Source: Fluviicola sp.
GTDB taxonomy: Bacteria > Bacteroidota > Bacteroidia > Flavobacteriales_D > Crocinitomicaceae
NCBI GenBank assembly: GCA_002733985.1
Contig: NVXP01000013.1
Span: 4,310-68,309 of the forward strand
DNA length: 64,000 nt
Reading direction: 5' to 3'
Shown here: piece by piece, positions 29,161 through 37,717 of the stretch
Layout: every line of letters begins with the position of its first letter
Numbering within the stretch: position 1 is the stretch's first letter
Notes under the pieces: model-generated
What the model was told of the DNA's origin: nothing
The model's input: only the letters and a program-made list of their open reading frames with translations
Databases searched by the model: none
Program-made: the position numbers and the translations under genes

Positions 29161-32100
29161 TTAATCCTCTTCAAATTCTTCCGCTTCAATCACCTCTTCA
29201 TCTTCGTCAATAAATGTGTTCATATTGATGTCGTAGTATTGTGTATTGAGCGATTTTCCCAAATCGTAATTGGTGATTTTAATGTCGAGTAAATTTTCGC
29301 GGTATTTGATTTCCTCTTCCAAATCGGGAAGATTCGGATTCAAACAAATGTCACCTAAGTATTTTGTTTTAGAAAGGTCCCCAGAAAGCCAACGTCCATT
29401 GCGTTTTCCTAGAACGTACACGCCATATTGGTTTAATTTCCCATAAGGATCGTAATATTTCCAAACACCATCTGGCAATCCGTTTTTCATAACACCTTCG
29501 CTTTGCAGCGTTCCGTTGTCATAGAAGTTTTGGACAGACCCATTCATTCTACCGAGCGAGTCGTTTGTTTCCCAACGCGTATACAATTGACGAATTTCAT
29601 AGTGGTCAGTGTGCGAGCAGTCGTACTTTGATGACATCTCAATCACAAAGCTCTCATACAATGGATTTCCGTTGATGTCAAAATCCGTTAGAATACCTTT
29701 CGATTTAAATTTAATGGAATCGTTGATTTCAATGATTGAATCTTGATAATCCACTTCGTAGAGCAATTCTCCATTGTAGCTGTAATATTGCCAACAACCA
29801 ACTTTCCGCCCGTCAGTCAAATCGCCGTCTCTGGAAATCGTGTCATTTGGATAGTATTTAGTCATGTGATAGTTGATTCCATTTTTGTTCACTAGACTTT
29901 TTCTCCCATAATATGGTCGTTGGAAATAGTCTCCACCGAGACCCAAATTTGAAATAACCGATTCCAAGGATTGTGAAGTTGTAATATCTGATGGTTCGAA
30001 ATAAATTGAATCTTGCCAATCAAATAAATAGCGAACACTTAATTCATTTTCCTCCCAAATCTTCTCCTCGATCGGGAAAGAATATTGGAACTTCACATAG
30101 TGATATTTGAATCCCAGCGAATCGTATGCTTCATAATCTTCAATTGGTCGTCCATCTAAAAAGAACCCCCGTTTCGCTAATTTCCCATTTGTATGAAACG
30201 CTTTTGACTCGCCTTGCAATAAACCATCCTGAAAATTGAGCTTATAGAGAAGAATTGAATCTCCAGGTCGAAGTGTTAAATAGGTTTTGACATATCCATC
30301 CGCTTTTCCATACTTGTATGTTGCCTCTGTAGTTGCCAATTTATTACGTTCAATACTCAATCCATCCATGAAGCCATCTTCATAGTTCGATTCTTCGGTA
30401 ATCCCTCCATACCAAGAATAGCTAATTTGTTTTCCATGCGCTTTTCCATTCAAATAGTTGGCAACGCTTGCAACGTAGTGAGTGCGCTTTTGAGGAAATG
30501 AATCCCTGAGTGGGTGATCGTAATCATAGCCCATCCATGAGTATTCATTCTTCCCTACTGGGAGGGCATAATCGTACCAAATAATCTCTCCATTAACTTC
30601 ACCTTTTGAATAGCTAACTTCTAACATTTTCTCTCCAAACTGATCATATCCAATCCACAAGCCATTTGGCTTACCGTCCACCATGAATCCTTCAATATTG
30701 GACATTACTGCGTTTGCATCTTTGTCTTTCCGGTTCGCTTCATAATCCCCATAATAAGAATTATCGTTTGTCTGGAAGAAACCTCCAAGTGGGTCCGAAA
30801 AGAAATTACTGAAAATATACATTGAAAGATCCTTGTCTGTTTCCGACGCATCGATCAAATTCATGATTACGGGATATTTTGTTTTTCCTGTTTTGCGGTA
30901 ATGCGCCAAATCTTTGATTAATTTTTTCGCTGTGTATTTTGAGTCTGGAAGAGAAATCGTCAAATTTTTCTTGCTGAATTTCAACTTCTTTTTACCGAAA
31001 TTCAATTCCACAGGACCCGTATATGCTTGTCCGTTTTTACTGAGACTGTATTCGCTGGCTACATTGAATTTATTAGCTTCGCGAATGTGTCGAATGGGAA
31101 TTGAATCTGGTTCATAATATTCGTAAATCGTTCCGGAGCTCGTTATTTCAAGTTCAAGATCAGCCAAGCGAATGAACTTTTTACCTGTCCAGCTTTCGAA
31201 CATTTCAGAATAGTACTTCTCTTCATTCATCGTCTCAGAGCCGAGTACGCTGTATGCTTTTATGGAGAGACGTTTATCCTCTGGATAATACATCGACGAA
31301 TACAATTTTGTTGAATCATCTACAAACCAAGATCGGAACAAAACGGTCGAATCAACCATGGCTTCATTGTTCAAGGTGTCATACGCATTATAGAAATAGA
31401 AAGTCCCATAACCAGCACTCGTTGTCTTGAATCCATCAATGATAAATACCTCCTCTACTTCGTGATTTTTCTGAATTCGAATAAAATCTCCTAAGGAATC
31501 ATATGCTAATTCCATGTAAATTTTACCATCATAATCGTAAATTGATCTGAGGTACTGATTGGAATCTGGCACTTCGGTGATGACGTCATGAGCGTTTCCA
31601 TTGTCCCAAAAAACAGTGTCTTCTTTGATTAGAACTCCATTTTCGAAGACGTACTTATATGCCAGTTGACCATTCTCGTATCTCGATTCGTAGACGCCTG
31701 AGTACTTTGGTCTAGCCCCAATACTATCTAACAACAATCCCCTTGGGAGTAATTTCTCAGCATTTAGATCAAAATAGTGCGCGAAGTAATCATCGTAACC
31801 ATATTCATTTCCATAGTAAGAGTTACCATAAGACCTCTCATTGTAATAATCATCCTCGTAGAAATCTAAGTCATATGGCGCGCCTTCCAATTCTTCATCT
31901 AGCTCGAGGTTTTCTACTTTCTCGTAGGCAATTTCATACATCTGATACGGCAGTTCTGGCCGGTCATATTTAGCATAAAAATTAAACTGATCCCTGCTCG
32001 CTCCATAAAGCCCAGCCAACTCTTTTCGAAGCCATTGGGGATGGACGACCAATGTATCATTTTCTTCAAACGACAACTTTGTGGTAATCAATTCATTGTT

Positions 32101-33006
32101 TCGAATACGCTTTTCATTTTCCCCATAACCCCGGAACACTATATCACGTGTGATCCAAGTTCCTGAGGGCAAACCATTCTTGTAGTCACCTTCCTCTATT
32201 GGGTATGCCGAGTTATTAAATTTACGGTAATGTCCATCCTTGGCTCCATTTTTATAGGTGATGTATTCCGTCAGTGTGTCAATATCTGGATAACCTCTTT
32301 CGATGTATAAGTCGGCCTGTTTTTCTGTAATCACGTAATCCAAACTACGGCGCTCAAATTTCCATTCGCCTTCTTTAATTCCGTTTACGAACCAACCATG
32401 TTTTAAGGTATCGCCATAACGATCTACCCACGTCGCTTCACCTTCCAATAAATTGTTTTTCATGGTGAAGTAACCCGCTACGCGATCTGAAATCATTTCA
32501 CATTTACCTTTCCCATCAACTAAGCAAAACTCTTCGTAAAGCTGAACGTATTTCCCATCAGGAATCGGGTCGAGCATTGGAATTAAATCGTTGTTCTCTT
32601 GGAACCGCTGCTGCATGAGTGGGTATGGATTATTTCTAATGGCCTTCACAAACTTGCGTGAAGTCAAGTATTTCCCTTCCTTCCCACTAAAAAGATCTCT
32701 ACTGTACCCAGATTGGAATTGACGAATCTCCCGTTTTAGTTTTCTGAAATCTTTCCTTGACATCTCTTCTCCCAATTCTTCAAGCATCATTTCTCGGTAA
32801 AGATCGTAGGACAACTTATTGTTCAAACGTGACTCCTTTTGCGCCTTGTAATATTGTGAGTGAGTATTCGTTTCGACTTCAAAAGGGTACACGAAAAACT
32901 GGTCTCCATTTATTTCCAAGGTGTCAATCTCTTGAGCATAGCTAACAGAGACTAAACTTAAAAATAGGAGTGTGAATAGTGAAAAGAGTTGGTTAGATTT
33001 AGTCAT
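29161..33006 (-). CDS. Giant secreted MORN-variant (YwqK-like) repeat protein, paralogue 2
   Basis: Signal peptide MTKSNQLFSLFTLLFLSLVSVSYAQE starts at the ATG at 33006. Repeats include NGIKEGEWKF, DGKPNGLWIGY, KNGLPDGVWKYYDPYGKL and GKRNGRWLSG. The start overlaps the upstream lipoprotein stop by 8 nt. Confidence 0.75.
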   Translation of the reverse strand: MTKSNQLFSLFTLLFLSLVSVSYAQEIDTLEINGDQFFVYPFEVETNTHSQYYKAQKESRLNNKLSYDLYREMMLEELGEEMSRKDFRKLKREIRQFQSGYSRDLFSGKEGKYLTSRKFVKAIRNNPYPLMQQRFQENNDLIPMLDPIPDGKYVQLYEEFCLVDGKGKCEMISDRVAGYFTMKNNLLEGEATWVDRYGDTLKHGWFVNGIKEGEWKFERRSLDYVITEKQADLYIERGYPDIDTLTEYITYKNGAKDGHYRKFNNSAYPIEEGDYKNGLPSGTWITRDIVFRGYGENEKRIRNNELITTKLSFEENDTLVVHPQWLRKELAGLYGASRDQFNFYAKYDRPELPYQMYEIAYEKVENLELDEELEGAPYDLDFYEDDYYNERSYGNSYYGNEYGYDDYFAHYFDLNAEKLLPRGLLLDSIGARPKYSGVYESRYENGQLAYKYVFENGVLIKEDTVFWDNGNAHDVITEVPDSNQYLRSIYDYDGKIYMELAYDSLGDFIRIQKNHEVEEVFIIDGFKTTSAGYGTFYFYNAYDTLNNEAMVDSTVLFRSWFVDDSTKLYSSMYYPEDKRLSIKAYSVLGSETMNEEKYYSEMFESWTGKKFIRLADLELEITSSGTIYEYYEPDSIPIRHIREANKFNVASEYSLSKNGQAYTGPVELNFGKKKLKFSKKNLTISLPDSKYTAKKLIKDLAHYRKTGKTKYPVIMNLIDASETDKDLSMYIFSNFFSDPLGGFFQTNDNSYYGDYEANRKDKDANAVMSNIEGFMVDGKPNGLWIGYDQFGEKMLEVSYSKGEVNGEIIWYDYALPVGKNEYSWMGYDYDHPLRDSFPQKRTHYVASVANYLNGKAHGKQISYSWYGGITEESNYEDGFMDGLSIERNKLATTEATYKYGKADGYVKTYLTLRPGDSILLYKLNFQDGLLQGESKAFHTNGKLAKRGFFLDGRPIEDYEAYDSLGFKYHYVKFQYSFPIEEKIWEENELSVRYLFDWQDSIYFEPSDITTSQSLESVISNLGLGGDYFQRPYYGRKSLVNKNGINYHMTKYYPNDTISRDGDLTDGRKVGCWQYYSYNGELLYEVDYQDSIIEINDSIKFKSKGILTDFDINGNPLYESFVIEMSSKYDCSHTDHYEIRQLYTRWETNDSLGRMNGSVQNFYDNGTLQSEGVMKNGLPDGVWKYYDPYGKLNQYGVYVLGKRNGRWLSGDLSKTKYLGDICLNPNLPDLEEEIKYRENLLDIKITNYDLGKSLNTQYYDINMNTFIDEDEEVIEAEEFEED

Positions 33007-33946
33007 AGTAGGTGTAATCAAACGTTTCGATCTGAAAATTTTTATCATTGTCATTTGTTCTGGCACTAGTATGTGTAACTCGAGATGGCAAATGATTTTT
33101 CTCAAGTGTAAAATTCGAGTGTCGGCGCATCAGATAACGTTCCATGCTAAACGTTGAATCTATGAAACCTATACAGTCGCCTTGTTTGTTGTATTCAATG
33201 TTTCTTTTGTAATCAAATGGTTCGCGTTCGAATTGAATTTCCGTTGGGTTGTTGGTGTTTTTAGCGTAATCGATTGTCTTTACATCAAATTCATTCACAC
33301 GATTTACTACGTGATAATGTTTCGAAGGCCGTTTTGGTGTTCCATAAACAATAAAATCTTCACCCGTAGGCCCAAGAATAGAATCAACTGAAAGTGCTCC
33401 CCAATGCTTTTCATTTGGCAAGAAAAAGAGGTAGCTCCCATTGTTCGCGTTTGAATACGCCAAGAAATTCGTCGCCGTTTGTTCCAAATCATAGAGTTGG
33501 TAACCCGTTAAATCCTCATTTGATTCATTCATTTTACTCATCTTCACTTTTTGGAAACCGTGCACATCTCTAACGCCAAAATAATTAAAGGTAACATCGC
33601 TGACTTTCTGCCCTTCGTAGTATTCACAAATCTGAACACGTGTGATTTCACCATTCACATTAAATTCATAGTGCTTTTCTACTTTTATTGATGCAAAATC
33701 CTCGACTTTTCCATTCAGATTGTACACTTTTCTATGAATCGTTTTTATATTATTCTCTTTGATCAAGCTGTCATCAAACCAAACTGGAAATGACATATTA
33801 TCTTCTGATTCCGAAAAAAAATGCTGCATCTCAAAAACGAAATGATTGGATCGCTGTTCCCCTCTTTGGAACAGCTGTCTTTTCTCTTCTGAGCACGCTG
33901 TAAAAAGAATAGGAATAATTAAGAGGATGAGAATACGACCTTTCAT
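32999..33946 (-). CDS. Hypothetical lipoprotein, first gene of the MORN-protein operon
   Basis: Lipobox IPILFTAC. 315 aa with no recognised domain. Translationally coupled to the next gene (TATGACTAA overlap). Confidence 0.6.
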   Translation of the reverse strand: MKGRILILLIIPILFTACSEEKRQLFQRGEQRSNHFVFEMQHFFSESEDNMSFPVWFDDSLIKENNIKTIHRKVYNLNGKVEDFASIKVEKHYEFNVNGEITRVQICEYYEGQKVSDVTFNYFGVRDVHGFQKVKMSKMNESNEDLTGYQLYDLEQTATNFLAYSNANNGSYLFFLPNEKHWGALSVDSILGPTGEDFIVYGTPKRPSKHYHVVNRVNEFDVKTIDYAKNTNNPTEIQFEREPFDYKRNIEYNKQGDCIGFIDSTFSMERYLMRRHSNFTLEKNHLPSRVTHTSARTNDNDKNFQIETFDYTYYD

Positions 33947-34024
33947 AGAGGTTGTAAGATAAGAAGATTATGAATCACGCTATTCCTATTATACATTTTT
34001 GTTTCTCAGCCAGTTAATTTAACG

Positions 34025-34032
34025 TAATTTTG
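34025..34032 (+). promoter_or_regulatory. Candidate Bacteroidota -7 promoter box upstream of ygiQ
   Basis: TAATTTTG matches the TAnnTTTG consensus, 17 nt upstream of the ATG at 34049. Confidence 0.3.
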
Positions 34033-34048
34033 TAGCAATTATTGACTT

Positions 34049-35968
34049 ATGCGCCCAATTACGGACTGGTTACCAATTACCCGCGACGAACTTAATAAAC
34101 GTGGCATTGAAGAAGTAGATGTAATACTCATCTCTGGCGATGCCTATGTGGATCACCCTGCATTCGGTACTGCAGTAATTGGTCGAATAATCGAAGACGA
34201 AGGCTTTACGATTGCCATCATTCCTCAACCCAACTGGAAAGATGATTTACGCGATTTCAAAAAATTCGGGAAACCAAAGTACTTTTTTGGTGTAACAGCT
34301 GGTTGCATGGATTCCATGGTCAATCACTACACAGCAAATTTGCGCTTACGGTCTACTGACGCCTATACTCCGGGAGGCGAAGCAGGATTTAGACCTGACT
34401 ATTCAACAACGACATATTCGAAGATCCTCAAGAAGCTCTATCCTGATGTTCCCGTTTTAATTGGAGGAATTGAAGCTTCATTACGACGAGTAACACATTA
34501 TGATTATTGGTCAAACAAACTGATGCCATCGATATTGGTGGACTCACAAGCAGACATATTGGTTTACGGAATGGGCGACCAGCCGCTTCGTGAATTACTT
34601 CGTTTATTGAAAAAGGGCGTTTCCTTCGACAACTTAAAAACCTTAAAGCAGGTCGCTTTTCTACAGCCAAAGTCGGAAGAACTTCCGAAAAACAAGCAAT
34701 GGAAAACCGTCGAGATGGCGAGTCACGAAGTCTGTTTGGAAGATAAAATCAAATACGCTTCGAATTTTAAAATTGTCGAGGTTGAGTCGAATAAGTGGGC
34801 TGCAAATCGCATTACTCAGGAAGTTGGTGATCAGGTTTTGGTAATCAACCCTCCGTATAAAACGATGGAAGAAAAGGAAATTGATCAATCATTCGATCTT
34901 CCTTACACGCGATTACCTCATCCGAAATACAGAAAACGAGGTGCAATTCCAGCTTACGATATGATCAAGTTCTCGATCAACATGCATCGAGGTTGTTTTG
35001 GAGGCTGTAGTTTTTGTACCATTTCTGCTCATCAAGGAAAATTCATTGCTTCGCGAAGTGAAACTTCCATTATGAAGGAATTGGATAAAGTTACAGAACA
35101 CCCTGAATTCAAAGGATACATCTCAGATATCGGTGGACCATCGGCGAACATGTACAAGATGAAAGGCAAGGTCGAAGAGATCTGCGCACGTTGTACAAGT
35201 CCTAGTTGTATTCACCCTGTGATTTGTTCGAATTTGGATACTTCGCATAAATCGATGACTGAGCTCTACAAAAAGATCGATGCTCATCCAGGAGTTAAAA
35301 AAGCCTTTATTGGATCAGGAATACGATACGATTTATTGGTGGATGAATTCAACAAAAATAACGAAGACGGAAACCACGACGAGTATATCGAACAATTGGT
35401 AACTCGACACATTAGCGGAAGATTGAAAGTTGCGCCAGAACACACTTCTGATGCAACATTGCGCGTGATGCGAAAGCCATCGTTCAAATATTTCCACAAG
35501 TTCAAGGAAAAATACGACGCTATTTCAGAAAAGCACAACCTTAATCAACCATTGATTCCTTACTTTATTTCCTCTCACCCAGGATGTGCGGATGAAGACA
35601 TGGCAAATTTGGCTGTGGAAACGAAAGATTTGGGATTCAAACTGGAACAAGTTCAAGATTTCACGCCAACCCCAATGACAGTTGCTACGGTGATTTATTA
35701 TAGTGGGGTTCATCCTTATACTCTGAAACCTTACGATACTGTCAAGAAGAAAGAGGACAAACTGAATCAGCGACGTTTCTTCTTCTGGTACAAACGAGAA
35801 AATCACGATCACATTCGACGTACGCTGAAAAAAGCGAATCGTCCCGACATGATTGAGAAATTGATTGGGGATAAACCCAGTCAAACTTCAAGTTCACGTT
35901 CAAAACCAGCTCCAAAATGGCTGGAAGACCGACGAAAAAATGACCGTTCTCGAAAGAAACGCAGATAA
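34049..35968 (+). CDS. ygiQ: YgiQ-family (UPF0313) radical SAM protein
   Basis: CxxxCxxC cluster motif RGCFGGCSFCTI. N-terminal LISGDAYVDHPAFG is typical of YgiQ. Basic C-terminal tail. Confidence 0.88.
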   Translation: MRPITDWLPITRDELNKRGIEEVDVILISGDAYVDHPAFGTAVIGRIIEDEGFTIAIIPQPNWKDDLRDFKKFGKPKYFFGVTAGCMDSMVNHYTANLRLRSTDAYTPGGEAGFRPDYSTTTYSKILKKLYPDVPVLIGGIEASLRRVTHYDYWSNKLMPSILVDSQADILVYGMGDQPLRELLRLLKKGVSFDNLKTLKQVAFLQPKSEELPKNKQWKTVEMASHEVCLEDKIKYASNFKIVEVESNKWAANRITQEVGDQVLVINPPYKTMEEKEIDQSFDLPYTRLPHPKYRKRGAIPAYDMIKFSINMHRGCFGGCSFCTISAHQGKFIASRSETSIMKELDKVTEHPEFKGYISDIGGPSANMYKMKGKVEEICARCTSPSCIHPVICSNLDTSHKSMTELYKKIDAHPGVKKAFIGSGIRYDLLVDEFNKNNEDGNHDEYIEQLVTRHISGRLKVAPEHTSDATLRVMRKPSFKYFHKFKEKYDAISEKHNLNQPLIPYFISSHPGCADEDMANLAVETKDLGFKLEQVQDFTPTPMTVATVIYYSGVHPYTLKPYDTVKKKEDKLNQRRFFFWYKRENHDHIRRTLKKANRPDMIEKLIGDKPSQTSSSRSKPAPKWLEDRRKNDRSRKKRR

Positions 35969-36057
35969 ATCTACTTCAGCTTAACTATTTATTTAGGGCC
36001 CTTTCACAGCAAAACGAGACACAATAAATATTTACTTTTATCGTTTCGATAACTATA

Positions 36058-37038
36058 ATGAATAAAAGTAAAATGAAAAAATTAATCTCAGTTTTCACCC
36101 TATCATTGGTCTTGTTTTCATCTCAGGCGCAGAATTTAGTCCCCAATCCGAGCTTTGAAAACTATGCTAATACATATTGCGGTATCCAATTTCCATCAGT
36201 GTTCAATACAATAATGTACAATTGGATTAGTCCAACAGCAGCATCTCCACAGGTGTATTTCACAAACATCGAAGATAGCTGTTACAACTATCAACCTTTC
36301 AGTCAATATACCGGGCCGATTGGAATTAAAGGCAATCAAATACCTAGAACTGGTGACGTAATGTTAGGACTGCGTACCCTTACAATTCCAAGCTTTAATC
36401 AAAGAAATTATGTGCAAGTTCCCTTATCGACTCCAATGACCATTGGCAGTCAATATGTTATTGAATTTTATGCTTCGCTTGGTGATTCGATGGAGTCCGC
36501 TTCAAATAATTTGGGTGCACTTCTATCAACGGTGGCTCCTTTTTCCAATAACGATCAAGTACTGAATAGTACGCCTCAAATTAACTCTAATTCAATTGTT
36601 GACAACGTGACCGACTGGGTATTAATTTCAGATACGATAGTCGCACAAGAAGCCTACGCATTTATTACTATCGGTAATTTTTTCGATGATAACTCAACTA
36701 CTACTGCACCAAATCCTTCAGCTTCTGGCGGAGGCGGAACGTATGGAGCATCTTACTTCATTGATGATGTGCGTGTTGAAGAGGTTAGCGGAGTTGGAAT
36801 AACAGGTATTGAACAAGAGGAGCTTTCGATATATCCAACGTTTGTTACTGATCAACTTAACATCGAACTATCAACTGGTTCTTTGGTTGAAATACTGGAT
36901 ACCGAAGGTAAGATTATCTACTCTAAGTTTTTGGAAAGGGGGTTGAATACCCTCTATGTATCTAATTTTTCCAAAGGTGTATATGTCGTTTCTGTACAAA
37001 ATGGAACAAATAGAATAACCCGCAGAATTGTAAAATAG
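36058..37038 (+). CDS. Secreted protein with a T9SS type A C-terminal sorting domain
   Basis: Signal peptide, an NLVPNPSFE N-terminal module, and C-terminal LSIYPTFVTDQLNIEL...GVYVVSVQNG...RIVK. Confidence 0.7.
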   Translation: MNKSKMKKLISVFTLSLVLFSSQAQNLVPNPSFENYANTYCGIQFPSVFNTIMYNWISPTAASPQVYFTNIEDSCYNYQPFSQYTGPIGIKGNQIPRTGDVMLGLRTLTIPSFNQRNYVQVPLSTPMTIGSQYVIEFYASLGDSMESASNNLGALLSTVAPFSNNDQVLNSTPQINSNSIVDNVTDWVLISDTIVAQEAYAFITIGNFFDDNSTTTAPNPSASGGGGTYGASYFIDDVRVEEVSGVGITGIEQEELSIYPTFVTDQLNIELSTGSLVEILDTEGKIIYSKFLERGLNTLYVSNFSKGVYVVSVQNGTNRITRRIVK

Positions 37039-37127
37039 GATAAAGTCCTGTTCTACAATTCTAAAAAAGTTTTGATTATTTTCATCTAAATTCCAACCCT
37101 TGGAAAAATGATGTGTCTTTAATACAG

Positions 37128-37706
37128 ATGAGAACGACTCTTGACTTACATCAACACCTGATTGATGGCTCTAAAAAGGGAGACAGGAAGGCGCAGAAAG
37201 GCCTTTTTGATCTTTACAATAAAGCCATGTTTAATATTGGTGTGCGACTTTTAGGGAATACTGATGATGCGGCCGACATCACCCAAGAAACATTTATTGA
37301 TGTTTTCACTAAGATCGAGCAATTTCAAGGAACAGCTACTTTTGGAGCTTGGATCAAACGCATAATGATCAACAAATCGATCAATCATTTAAACCGAAGG
37401 AAAGTCCATTATTCCCTCGATGAAAATGAGCCAGTTATACAGGTAGAAACACCTGACGACGATCAAAATCAGTTGATGCACACGCTAAATGAATCCATTT
37501 CAACGCTCCCAGAAGGATGTCGTGTGGTCTGTACTTTGTATTATTTCGAAGGATATGATCACGGAGAAATTGCCACCATTTTAGGAATTAGCAAGTCAAC
37601 AAGTAAGTCTCAGCTCAGTCGCGCAAAAACACTTCTGCGGGCAAACGTTTATCAAAAAATTGAGAAGTCGATGCTCACGGTAGCTATCGGGAACATCAAG
37701 ACCTAA
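37128..37706 (+). CDS. ECF-type RNA polymerase sigma-70 factor
   Basis: Region 2 (DAADITQETFIDVF, FGAWIKRIMINKSINHL) and region 4 HTH (YDHGEIATILGISKSTSKSQLSRAK). ATG at 37128; the ORF-track start at 37113 is GTG. Confidence 0.88.
   Translation: MRTTLDLHQHLIDGSKKGDRKAQKGLFDLYNKAMFNIGVRLLGNTDDAADITQETFIDVFTKIEQFQGTATFGAWIKRIMINKSINHLNRRKVHYSLDENEPVIQVETPDDDQNQLMHTLNESISTLPEGCRVVCTLYYFEGYDHGEIATILGISKSTSKSQLSRAKTLLRANVYQKIEKSMLTVAIGNIKT
37669..37704 (+). repeat. Degenerate copy of the dispersed palindromic element overlapping the sigma-factor 3' end
   Basis: GATGC-tcacggTAGCTATCGGGaa-CATC-AAGACCT. The last ~12 codons (SMLTVAIGNIKT) lie in the element, and the TAA stop starts at the element's last nucleotide. 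Confidence 0.6.
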
Positions 37707-37717
37707 AAGAGCAAAAG

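Noticed and set aside
25351-33006. MORN/YwqK-like proteins as antitoxins of a YwqJ/YwqK-type toxin-antitoxin module
   Set aside because: Both proteins are longer than 1200 aa with cleavable signal peptides, and no deaminase or nuclease toxin gene is adjacent. The domain name is misleading in this context.
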